Assembly (NCBI GenBank): GCA_041483195.1
Contig: JBGPFC010000008.1
Coordinates: 32,001 to 96,000 of the forward strand
Reading direction: 5' to 3'
DNA from: Candidatus Eiseniibacteriota bacterium
GTDB taxonomy: Bacteria > Eisenbacteria > RBG-16-71-46
Length of the DNA: 64,000 nucleotides
In this document: positions 51,486-59,959 of the stretch, piece after piece
Layout: each line of letters opens with the position of its first letter
How positions within the stretch are numbered: position 1 is the stretch's first letter
Position numbers and translations under genes: made by a program
Notes under the pieces: model-generated
What the model saw: only the letters and a program-made list of their open reading frames with translations
Told to the model about the DNA's origin: nothing
The model's database searches: none

Positions 51486-52970
51486 TCAGTTGTTGTCGAT
51501 CTGGGCCCGCTGCAGGCGGCCGCTGAAATCCACGTAGATGCTCTTCCACTCGGTGAAGGGGTCGAGCATGGTGTGACCCGCTTCGCGATGGCCGTTTCCG
51601 GTGCCGCGCGTCCCGCCGAACGGCAGATGGGTCTCGGCGCCGGTGGTGCCGTGATTGACGTAGACGATGCCGGTGTCGAGATCCCGCATCGCGGTGAATG
51701 CGCGATTGACGTCGGCCGTGAAGATCGAGGACGAGAGCCCGTAGGCCGATGCGTTGTTGACCTCGACCGCATGCTCGAGCCCGCGCACCTTCACCATCGC
51801 CAGCACCGGGCCGAAGATCTCTTCGACGGCGATGCGCGCGTCGGGCGCGACGCCGGTGAAGACGGTCGGACGGTAGAAGTGACCCTTCGCGAGCGCGGCG
51901 TCCGATGGACGCTCGCCGCCGGCCTCGATCCGCCCGCCCTCGGCGAGCCCGATCCGCACGTAGCTCTCCACCGTCTGCACCTGCCCCGCGTTGATGAGCG
52001 GGCCCACCTCGGTCGCGGGATCGAGTCCGTCTCCCAGCCGCAGCTGTTTCGCGCGCGCGGCCACCCGCTGCGCCAGCTCGTCGTGCACGCGCTCGTGCAC
52101 CAGCACCCGGCTGCACGCCGTGCACCGCTGGCCGGTGGTCCCGAACGCGCTCCAGACGATGGCGTCGGTCGCGAGTCCGAGATCGGCGTCCTCCATCACG
52201 ATCACCGCGTTCTTGCCGCCCATCTCGAGCGAGACCCGCTTGCCCAGCTTCCCGGCGCGCTCGTTGATCGAGAGCCCGACCTCGGTCGAACCGGTGAAGG
52301 AGATCACGTGGATCCCGCGATGCTCGACCATGGGATGGCCGACCTGCGATCCGCTGCCGAACACGAGATTGAGCACGCCCGACGGGAGCCCGGCCTCCTC
52401 GAAGATCTTCGTGAAGTGGAATGCCATCTCGGGCGTGTCCCCGGCGGGCTTGAACACCGCGGTATTGCCCGCCACCAGCGCCGGCATCAGCTTCCACGAG
52501 GGAATCGCGAATGGAAAATTCCAGGGGGTGATGATCCCGGCGACGCCGACCGGCGCGCGGACCGACATCGCCCACTTGTTCGGCATCTCGCTCGGGGTGG
52601 TGACGCCGTACATGCGACGCCCCTCGCCGGCCGCGAGGTAGGCCATGTCGATGCCCTCCTGCACGTCGCCGCGGGTCTCGGCGAGCACCTTGCCCATCTC
52701 GCGCGTCATCGCGCGAGCCAGCTCTTCCTTGCGCGCGCGGATGATCTCGCCCGCGCGGTAGACGATCTCCGCGCGCTTGGGCGCCGGCGTGAGGCGCCAT
52801 CCGCGGTAGGCGGCGGCGGCAGCCTGCACGGCGTCGTCCACGTCTTCGGGACCGGACGCCGGAAAGCTCCCCAGCGCCTCGCCGGTGGCCGGGTTGTGAT
52901 TCACGAAGGTCTTGCCGGAGCGCGCGGAAATCCAGCGCCCCCCGAGATAATTCAGGAAGGTGTCAGGCAT
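51486..52970 (-). CDS. NAD(P)-dependent aldehyde dehydrogenase
   Basis: ITPWNFP, FTGS, LEMGGKN, GQRCT, EEIFGP. Confidence 0.95.
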   Translation of the reverse strand: MPDTFLNYLGGRWISARSGKTFVNHNPATGEALGSFPASGPEDVDDAVQAAAAAYRGWRLTPAPKRAEIVYRAGEIIRARKEELARAMTREMGKVLAETRGDVQEGIDMAYLAAGEGRRMYGVTTPSEMPNKWAMSVRAPVGVAGIITPWNFPFAIPSWKLMPALVAGNTAVFKPAGDTPEMAFHFTKIFEEAGLPSGVLNLVFGSGSQVGHPMVEHRGIHVISFTGSTEVGLSINERAGKLGKRVSLEMGGKNAVIVMEDADLGLATDAIVWSAFGTTGQRCTACSRVLVHERVHDELAQRVAARAKQLRLGDGLDPATEVGPLINAGQVQTVESYVRIGLAEGGRIEAGGERPSDAALAKGHFYRPTVFTGVAPDARIAVEEIFGPVLAMVKVRGLEHAVEVNNASAYGLSSSIFTADVNRAFTAMRDLDTGIVYVNHGTTGAETHLPFGGTRGTGNGHREAGHTMLDPFTEWKSIYVDFSGRLQRAQIDNN

Positions 52971-53185
52971 GGGTCTTCTCCAGGGCGGGGCGCGCGGCCG
53001 CGGTCAGGGCTCGATCGGGAGACCGCTTCAGGAAGGCGTGCATGCACCCAGCCAAAAGGACGGGATAAGGTACTGGCGCGCCACGCGCGACGCAAGCATG
53101 AACGGTCCACCTATCCGTCCGCTACGCAGGCTCGCGCCTCTACGTGCCCCCGAAGACAGCGTACGCGGTAAAGATTCCCCGGGCT

Positions 53186-53395
53186 CTACTTCTTGTCCGC
53201 GTCGGCGGTCTTCTCGGACGACGGACCCGCCGCCGAGCCGTCGGTCCTCCCAGGCGATGGACCGGTGGCCGAGCCGCCTTTCGGTGGGCGCGGATCTCTT
53301 GGTCCGGATGTCGGCTGATATCCGAATCTTCCATGCCGTGGAGCCGTCGGTGCCGGTCTCGGACCTTTGTCCTTGCGATTGATCTTGTCGCTCAT
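53186..53395 (-). CDS. Small Pro/Gly-rich peptide (GYQP...PPKGGS)
   Basis: 69 aa; GGAGG RBS; ATG 1 nt after the upstream stop. Confidence 0.6.
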   Translation of the reverse strand: MSDKINRKDKGPRPAPTAPRHGRFGYQPTSGPRDPRPPKGGSATGPSPGRTDGSAAGPSSEKTADADKK

Positions 53396-53396
53396 C

Positions 53397-53990
53397 TCAG
53401 TCCTCCGCTTCGAAGAACTCCATGAACTGGCAGTCCTCCATTCTCAAGACCATCCCAAAGTTCCCTTCAACTCTCTCCACAAACTGGCGTTGCGTGTTCA
53501 CCCGCCAAACATCTTCGACGTAGACCTCTTGCGGCACGGGATAGGACGAGGCGAATGACCGCACGCCAAAGTAACCGCCGAATCGTTCACCATTCTTCAT
53601 GTGGAAGAGCATCCAGCACGCCCGCCTCTTCGAGAAGAAGTAGTCCCACGCGGATCGGAAGGGGTGCTGAATCCAGCGGGTTGCGAATCGGGACATTCGA
53701 ATGTGAAACACGAGAATGGCAAGTGTGGCTGGCGAAAGCACAAGAATTAGTAGCGTGGCGATAGCGAATCGAACCGGGTGTTCAGTCAGCGCGCGACTCG
53801 CAACAAGCCATGCGACAAGCCAGAACCACAGCCCTAAATTGAGCATGCTGAAGGTGATCGCCTCGAGGATCGCGGCGCCAGGGTCTCTCGACTCTGAGGG
53901 CACGAGGAGGTCGTAGGTCTTGAGCGCTACGAACCCCGGCACAACGAAGGCGACGAAGAGTTGGAGGCTCTTGAAGGTAAGCTCGGGCAT
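53397..53990 (-). CDS. DUF6338-like membrane protein
   Basis: FVVPGFV, three TM helices, SAWDYFF, GGYFG..SFASSYP..EVYVE..W; GGAGG RBS; AT-richer than flanks; family assigned from recalled motifs. Confidence 0.75.
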   Translation of the reverse strand: MPELTFKSLQLFVAFVVPGFVALKTYDLLVPSESRDPGAAILEAITFSMLNLGLWFWLVAWLVASRALTEHPVRFAIATLLILVLSPATLAILVFHIRMSRFATRWIQHPFRSAWDYFFSKRRACWMLFHMKNGERFGGYFGVRSFASSYPVPQEVYVEDVWRVNTQRQFVERVEGNFGMVLRMEDCQFMEFFEAED

Positions 53991-54087
53991 GATCCCTCCC
54001 TACACGGGGGGCGAAGTATCTACTCAACGTCCCGAGGGAGCAGGATACACGAACGGCGAATGAATCAGATCTGGCTCGCCGAGTGCT

Positions 54088-54576
54088 CTACTCCTCCAGC
54101 GCCGACTTGCCTTCGACGATGCGCCGCACCAGCGCGGAAGTGCTGAGGCCCTCGCGCAGCGGGACGCTCACCACCCGGCCGCCGCGCGACTCCACGAATT
54201 CGCGGCCCACGATCTGTTCCACCGCCCAGTCGCCGCCCTTCGCGAGCACGTCGGGCGCGACCTCGCGGATCAGGCGCTCGGGAGTGTCGTCATCGAAGAT
54301 CACCGCCAGATCCACGCACGCGAGCGCCTCGAGCAGCCGGGCGCGCTCGCCCTGCGGCTGAAGCGGCCGAGTCGGCCCCTTCAGCCGCCGCACCGAGGCA
54401 TCGGAGTTGACTCCCACCACCAGCCGGTCGCCCAGCGCGCGCGCCGCTTCGAGGTACTCGACGTGGCCGACGTGGAGCAGATCGAAGACGCCGTTCGTGA
54501 AGACGATGCGCTCGCCAGACAGGCGCCAGCGCTCGATCGCCTCGCGCGCCTCGCGCGGCAGGACCGGCTCGGTCAC
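54088..54576 (-). CDS. rfaE2: D-glycero-beta-D-manno-heptose 1-phosphate adenylyltransferase
   Basis: FTNGVFDLLHVGH, NSDASVRRLKG, KGGDW. Confidence 0.93.
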   Translation of the reverse strand: MTEPVLPREAREAIERWRLSGERIVFTNGVFDLLHVGHVEYLEAARALGDRLVVGVNSDASVRRLKGPTRPLQPQGERARLLEALACVDLAVIFDDDTPERLIREVAPDVLAKGGDWAVEQIVGREFVESRGGRVVSVPLREGLSTSALVRRIVEGKSALEE

Positions 54577-55580
54577 CCGGCGCGCTCCGCCAGCGAGCGC
54601 AGCAGCTCGTCGCGCGTGCATGACGCCGTGCCGACCTCGCGGATCACGACGCCGGCGGCGTGGTTCGCGAGGAAGCACGCGGCGGGCAGTTCGGCGCCCG
54701 ATGCGAGCCCGAGCGCGACCACGCTCACCACGGTGTCGCCCGCCCCGGTCACGTCGAACACCTCGCGCGCGACCGTCGGGAGATGCGTGATCCGCCCGCC
54801 CCGCTCGAAGAGGCTCATGCCTTCCGGGCCGCGCGTCACCAGCACCGCGCCCGCGTCGAGCCGCCGCTGCAACCCCCAGCCGACTTCGAGCAGGCTCGCC
54901 TCGTCCACGATGCGGCGGCCCTGGACGTAGCCCGCCTCGTACTGGTTCGGGGTGAGAATGCTCGCGCCGCGATAGGCGTCGATGTGGCTCTCCTTGGGAT
55001 CGACGCACACCGGGAAGTCGTGGCTCCGCGCCAGCGAGAGCGCTGGATCGAGCGTGCCCGGATGGATCAGGCCCTTGCCGTAATCGCTCACCACCAGCGC
55101 CTCGCAGCCCGGAAGCTCGTCCGCCAGCGCGCCGATCGCGCGCGCCAGCGCCTCGCCGCCGAGTTCGGCCCGCGATTCGCGATCCGCGCGCACCACCTGC
55201 TGAGAGTGCGCGATGATGCGGGTCTTGACCGTGGTCGGCCTCGTGGCATCGACCACGACCCCGCGCGGATCCACCCCGCGCGCGGCGAGCGCGCGAGCGA
55301 GCGCGCGCCCGTCGTCGTCGTCTCCGACAACCGCGATCAGGATCGGCTCCGCGCCGAGCGCGCGGAGGTTGGCTGCGACGTTGCCGGCGCCGCCCAGCGT
55401 GAAGCTCTCCTTCTCGATCTCGACCACCGGCACCGGGGCTTCCGGCGAGATGCGTTCGACTCGCCCCCACAGGTAGCGGTCGAGCATCAGGTCACCGAGC
55501 ACCGCGACGCGGCGTCCGGCAAAGCGGTCGACGGTGGCGCGGAGCGCGCCGAGATCGAAGTGCGTCGAGGTCTCTGGCAT
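54573..55580 (-). CDS. rfaE1: D-glycero-beta-D-manno-heptose 7-phosphate kinase
   Basis: RISPEAPVPV, GGAGNVA, SDYGKG, DVTGAGDT. Confidence 0.93.
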   Translation of the reverse strand: MPETSTHFDLGALRATVDRFAGRRVAVLGDLMLDRYLWGRVERISPEAPVPVVEIEKESFTLGGAGNVAANLRALGAEPILIAVVGDDDDGRALARALAARGVDPRGVVVDATRPTTVKTRIIAHSQQVVRADRESRAELGGEALARAIGALADELPGCEALVVSDYGKGLIHPGTLDPALSLARSHDFPVCVDPKESHIDAYRGASILTPNQYEAGYVQGRRIVDEASLLEVGWGLQRRLDAGAVLVTRGPEGMSLFERGGRITHLPTVAREVFDVTGAGDTVVSVVALGLASGAELPAACFLANHAAGVVIREVGTASCTRDELLRSLAERAG

Positions 55581-55589
55581 GGGCGGCGG

Positions 55590-55618
55590 ACGCTACACCG
55601 CGCGCGAAACGCGGTCAA
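55590..55618 (-). promoter_or_regulatory. Sigma70-type promoter for rfaE1
   Basis: TTGACC-N17-TAGCGT, ending 9 nt before ATG. Confidence 0.65.
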
Positions 55619-55644
55619 AATGCGCGGCACCGCGCGCGCGCGGC

Positions 55645-55673
55645 TTGACGCTCGCGGTCCCCGCCCCTAGCGT
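55645..55673 (+). promoter_or_regulatory. Sigma70-type promoter for the GNAT gene (leaderless geometry)
   Basis: TTGACG-N17-TAGCGT, ending 7 nt before ATG at 55681. Confidence 0.65.
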
Positions 55674-55680
55674 CGGCGCC

Positions 55681-56607
55681 ATGTCCATCATGCTCGAATC
55701 CTGTCGCGGCGCCGACCTCGGCGCGCTGCGCGCGCTGATCGCGGAACCCTCGATCGAGAGCGAGTTCGCCTTCGTGCAGGCGCCCGGCGAGCTCGAGCAC
55801 AAGCTGACTTCGAACTTCTGCGTCCCGGAGGCTTCGCTGCTCGCGCGCGCCGCGGGCGAGCCGGCGGGGATCTGCGTGACCTACCTCCTCCCGCGCGCGA
55901 ACGGCGGCTCGTGGGCCGCGCTGCGCGTGGCGGTCGCCGCGCGGCATCGGCGGCGGGGCATCGGCCGCGCGCTGTTCGACGCCGCGCGCGCGGCGCTCGC
56001 CGCGCGCGAGATCCCGGGCGGGCTGCGCGAGCTCGCGCTCGGCGCGTGGCGCCCGAACGCCGAGGGCACCGCGTTCGCGGCGTCGCTGGGCTTCCGCCAC
56101 GCGCGCTGCTTCTGGCGCATGGAGCGCGCGCTCGAGCCGGTGCCCGATGCGCGCTGGCCGGAGGGCGTCACGCTGCGCGTCTTCGACGGGAGCGAGCGTG
56201 CGATGGAAGATTGGACCGAGGCGTACAACGATTCGTTCGCGGAACACTATCACTTCGTTCCGGGCACCATGGAGCACTGCCGCGAGATCGTCTCAGATCC
56301 GACGTTCCTTCACGACGGGGTCGCCTTCGCGTACCGCGACCGGCGCTGCGTGGGGTTCTGCCGCAACCAGCGTGAGGGGCGCGCCGGCGTGATCGGCGCG
56401 CTCGGCACGGTGCGGGCCGCGCGCGGGATCGGCCTCGGCCGCGCGCTGTTGCGATGGGGCGTCGGCTATTTCGCGGCCCGCGACTACGACCGCGTGGAGC
56501 TGCTCGTGGACGGCGAGAACGAATCCGCGCTCGCGCTCTATCGCTCGGAGGCGTTCGCCGTCGCGCGCACCCGCGACATCTGGACGCTCGAGCCGCTACC
56601 GCGCTGA
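55681..56607 (+). CDS. Tandem-GNAT acetyltransferase (MshD-like architecture)
   Basis: Two acetyl-CoA motifs RRRGIGRAL and ARGIGLGRAL; VDGENESALALY. Confidence 0.85.
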   Translation: MSIMLESCRGADLGALRALIAEPSIESEFAFVQAPGELEHKLTSNFCVPEASLLARAAGEPAGICVTYLLPRANGGSWAALRVAVAARHRRRGIGRALFDAARAALAAREIPGGLRELALGAWRPNAEGTAFAASLGFRHARCFWRMERALEPVPDARWPEGVTLRVFDGSERAMEDWTEAYNDSFAEHYHFVPGTMEHCREIVSDPTFLHDGVAFAYRDRRCVGFCRNQREGRAGVIGALGTVRAARGIGLGRALLRWGVGYFAARDYDRVELLVDGENESALALYRSEAFAVARTRDIWTLEPLPR

Positions 56608-57183
56608 TCCGAAATCGAAGCGCTGCCGGCACCACACGGCGATCGGCTTTCCATCCTTGAGCGCGGGATAGAACCGCATGGCGAGCGCGCAATCGCGGGC
56701 GGCCGCGACCAGTGCAGGAGATTCGCTCCCGCCGGCCCAGCGCGCGTCGGTCACGGCGCCGTCCTCGCCGACGCGCACGTCGAGATCGACCGAGGCCGGC
56801 CCACCCTCCTCGGTGCGGGCGATCCGCGCGCGCGTGCGCGGGATGGGCGGCTTGAGTCCCTCGTCCACCACCAGCGCCGGCGCCGGCAGCGGCTCTGCGC
56901 TCACGGTGTCCGGCTCCGCGGCGGGAAGGCCGACGGCGATCGCGGCGGGAGGCGCCGGGGTCACGCGCTGCATCCACACGCGCACGGTTCGCGGCGGAGC
57001 GACATGGAGCGGGACGCCCCGTCCGCTGTCGCTCATCACCTCCACCGGGAGCGACATGGAGCGCGCCTCGGGGATGCGATGCCGGTCGCAACCGGCGATC
57101 GCAGCCGGCGCGAGCCAGAGCCCGATGGCGAGCCCTAAGCGAATCGCGATCGCGGGCGGCGCGGGTGATGGAATCTGTCGCAT
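56596..57183 (-). CDS. TonB C-terminal domain protein, possible lipoprotein
   Basis: AAIAGC lipobox-like; Pro-rich linker; VRVGEDGAVTD...RFYPALKDGKPIAVW. Confidence 0.65.
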   Translation of the reverse strand: MRQIPSPAPPAIAIRLGLAIGLWLAPAAIAGCDRHRIPEARSMSLPVEVMSDSGRGVPLHVAPPRTVRVWMQRVTPAPPAAIAVGLPAAEPDTVSAEPLPAPALVVDEGLKPPIPRTRARIARTEEGGPASVDLDVRVGEDGAVTDARWAGGSESPALVAAARDCALAMRFYPALKDGKPIAVWCRQRFDFGSAR

Positions 57184-57294
57184 CCCGTCACGCTAGGCGC
57201 GGCGGAACGCCGGGGCAAGGCGACGCGCGGCAGGCACGGCGGGCCGCTTGTTTCGCGGGCTCGGACTGTTCTAGAGTGCGTGAGGAGTCGAGCC

Positions 57295-57420
57295 ATGAAG
57301 AACTCGCCGCTCACCCCCCGTCCCGGCACCGCGTGCGAGACGTGCGCGCCGGCCCGGGTCTGCCGCACGCGCCCCGGCGCCGGGTGCCGTGCGCCGCGCG
57401 CCGAATCGAGTGGCGCATGA
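57295..57420 (+). CDS. Small Cys-rich peptide (41 aa), absent from ORF track
   Basis: GAGGAG RBS; MKNSPLTPRPGTACETCAPARVCRTRPGAGCRAPRAESSGA; stop overlaps next ATG (ATGA). Confidence 0.5.
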   Translation: MKNSPLTPRPGTACETCAPARVCRTRPGAGCRAPRAESSGA

Positions 57421-58430
57421 CGCCCCGCGAGCGGGTATGGGCCGCGTTGCGCGGCGAATGGGTGGATCGCCCGCCGATCTCGTTCTGGGGTCACGTCTAC
57501 CACCGCGAATCGTCGGCGGACGAGCTGGTGGCCGCGACGCTCGAGCGCCAGGCCACGTACCTCTGGGATTGGGTGAAGCTCAACCCGCGCAAGCACTATC
57601 ACGTCGAGCCGTGGGGGGTGCGCTACCGCTACAGCGGGCGCCCCGACGAAAAGCCCGTGCTCGACGCATGGCCGGTGCGCGAGCCCGGAGACTGGTCCGC
57701 GATCACGCGCCGGGCGCACGATCAGGGCGCGCTCGGCGAGCAGATCGAGGCGGTGCGCCTGCTGCGCCGCTCGCTTCCCGCGGACGTTCCGCTGGTCGCG
57801 ACCGTGTTCACCCCGCTCGCGATCCTGGGCGAGATGGTCGAGCATCCCGCGACGCTCTCCGCGCACATGAGCAGCCACCCGGAGCGGGTGCGCGCGGCAC
57901 TGGACGCCGTGACCGAGACGTTCGAGCCGCTGGTGCGCGCGCTGTTGCGGGCGGGCGCGGACGGCATCTACTTCGCGACCGTGGACTGGGGCTCGCGCGA
58001 CCTCATGACGCCCGAGCGCTACCGCGAATGGGCGCGGCCCTCGGATCTGCGGCTGATCGGCGCGGCCGCCGGGGCGCCATTCAACGTCCTGCACGTCTGC
58101 AAGCGCAACAATCTGCTGTTCGAGGTCGCCGACTACCCGGTGAGCGCGCTGTCGTGGGCCGCGACCGATCCCACCAACCCCTCGCTCGCCGCGGCGCTGC
58201 AGCGGACGCGTGCGGCGGTGATGGGCGGGATCTCGCACGACGACGCTTTGCTGGCGCCCGGTCCCGAGCGCGCGCTGGACGAATTTCGCGCGGCGCTCGC
58301 GGCGACCGGCGGACGCCGCTGGCTCGCGGCCCCGAGCTGTTCGATCCTGCCATCGACCGCGCCGGGCCATCTGGCCGCGCTGCGCGCCGCGGCCGAGGAA
58401 GCGCTCGCGCCCGCCCGAGGCACGGCATGA
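57417..58430 (+). CDS. Uroporphyrinogen decarboxylase (URO-D/CIMS-like) family protein
   Basis: MTPRERVWAAL..DRPPISFW, TVFTP, GADGIYF, LHVCK, APSCSI. Confidence 0.8.
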   Translation: MTPRERVWAALRGEWVDRPPISFWGHVYHRESSADELVAATLERQATYLWDWVKLNPRKHYHVEPWGVRYRYSGRPDEKPVLDAWPVREPGDWSAITRRAHDQGALGEQIEAVRLLRRSLPADVPLVATVFTPLAILGEMVEHPATLSAHMSSHPERVRAALDAVTETFEPLVRALLRAGADGIYFATVDWGSRDLMTPERYREWARPSDLRLIGAAAGAPFNVLHVCKRNNLLFEVADYPVSALSWAATDPTNPSLAAALQRTRAAVMGGISHDDALLAPGPERALDEFRAALAATGGRRWLAAPSCSILPSTAPGHLAALRAAAEEALAPARGTA

Positions 58431-59041
58431 ACGCCGCGCTCCCGCTCCGGCTCCGGGCGGCGCTAGCCCTCGCGCTCTGCCTCGCGGCGACTTTCGTGTC
58501 GTCCGGGGTCGCGCGCGCGCAGTCCGGCGAAAAGACTCCGCCGCCGCCGGCGCCGCGTGCGCCGGAGATCGTGGCGCGCACGCCGCAGCCGCACGTTCAT
58601 GTCTACGGACAGGTGATCATCGGCGAGCGGGCGCCGGATTTCAGCCTCGACGGCGCGGACGGACGGATCATCCGGCTCGCGCGCTTCAAGGGCGACTGGG
58701 TGCTGATCGTGTTCGCGGATCGCAAGGAGACGCTCGCGCCGCTCGGATCGATCGACGAGGAGCTGCGCGGGCTCGGGGTGCGCCTCCTCGGGGTGTGTCA
58801 CGAGAAGTCGCATACCCTGCAGACCTTCGCGGCGCGTGACAGCCTGCACTTCGCGCTCGGCGCCGATTTCAGCACCGAGGTCTCCGCGCTCTACGGGCTC
58901 TTCGATACGCAGCGCTCCGTGATCAGCCCCGGATTTCTCCTGATCGATCGGGAGGGCATCGTGCGAATGGCCCTGCTCGGTCAGAATCTGCCTCCCGATC
59001 ACATCGCGCGCCTCGCGCGCTACGCGGTCACCGGGCTCTAG
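58427..59041 (+). CDS. Exported AhpC/TSA (redoxin-fold) protein lacking peroxidatic Cys
   Basis: Signal peptide; IGERAPDFSL, FLLIDREGIVR; no TxxC loop. Confidence 0.7.
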   Translation: MNAALPLRLRAALALALCLAATFVSSGVARAQSGEKTPPPPAPRAPEIVARTPQPHVHVYGQVIIGERAPDFSLDGADGRIIRLARFKGDWVLIVFADRKETLAPLGSIDEELRGLGVRLLGVCHEKSHTLQTFAARDSLHFALGADFSTEVSALYGLFDTQRSVISPGFLLIDREGIVRMALLGQNLPPDHIARLARYAVTGL

Positions 59042-59264
59042 CGTCTCGGCATCGTCGGGCCACCCGCGCCCGACACGGCGGAATGCACGCCGCGACCCGC
59101 GCATCATGTAATTCGCCACGCGCGAGACCGCGCCGCGCGTGCGACGCGCTCATGCTCGCGCGATTCCGGCCGCGCCATCTCAAGTCGTCTCCCTCCCGCG
59201 CCGATAATTCCCGCACGCGCGACCCTGAGGTCTCGGGTCGACACCCAACGACTTGGAGGGATTC

Positions 59265-59879
59265 ATGAGGTTTCCGGGCTTCCTGCTGGCCACCGCCGTG
59301 GCCACCACCATTTCAGTGCAAGGGGGGGACAACGTCGGCAATGAACCGGCCCCCACGGTCGAGCCGCCGGCCGCTCAGAGCCTGCGGCTCAAGCCGCCCG
59401 AGCCGCCGAGCGCCGACATCGATGTCGGAGACGCTGCGCCCAACTTTTCGTTTCAGACCGAGGACAATCGCTGGCGGAGACTGCGCGAGCTGTTGCTGCA
59501 GAATCCGGTCGTCATCGTGTTCGGCGCAGACGACGCGGAGCTGCGCGCGCTCGACCGCCAGCGCGACGCGCTGCTCAAGCTCGGGGTGCTGCCGGTCGCG
59601 GTGCTCGACGTTCGCAACGGCAGCGCATGGTCCGCCGCGCATCGCCTCGCGCTGCGCTACCCGGTGATTCCCGATCCGCGTCGCGTGATCGCCGGACAGT
59701 TCAACACCCTCGATCCCGACGACCAGAGCACCCTGCCCGCGTGGTTCGTGATCGATCGTCGCGGACTCGTGCGGGCCGTGCGGCGCGGGGCGATCTCCGT
59801 CGAGCGCTTTCCCCGGCTCGTCGCCGGCGCCCTCGGCCTGCCGGCGCCCGACGCCAGCCTGCCGACCCACTCACGCTGA
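59265..59879 (+). CDS. Second exported AhpC/TSA (redoxin-fold) protein, no Cys
   Basis: GGAGG RBS; VGDAAPNFSF, PAWFVIDRRGLVR. Confidence 0.7.
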   Translation: MRFPGFLLATAVATTISVQGGDNVGNEPAPTVEPPAAQSLRLKPPEPPSADIDVGDAAPNFSFQTEDNRWRRLRELLLQNPVVIVFGADDAELRALDRQRDALLKLGVLPVAVLDVRNGSAWSAAHRLALRYPVIPDPRRVIAGQFNTLDPDDQSTLPAWFVIDRRGLVRAVRRGAISVERFPRLVAGALGLPAPDASLPTHSR

Positions 59880-59896
59880 GCGCAGGACCCTTTCGA

Positions 59897-59931
59897 CGAA
59901 CGCCCGCCCCCGACATGGGAGCGGGCGTTCG
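59897..59931. terminator. Hairpin between convergent genes
   Basis: GAACGCCCGC-CCCC-GACAT-GGGA-GCGGGCGTTC inverted repeat; no clear U tract. Confidence 0.5.
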
Positions 59932-59959
59932 TGTGCGGGCGCCGGACTCGGATTCGCGT

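Noticed and set aside
52971..54087. Mobile element around the AT-richer islet
   Set aside because: No transposase, integrase, terminal repeats or target duplication seen by eye
58427..59879. Selenocysteine peroxiredoxins
   Set aside because: No in-frame TGA at the expected active site
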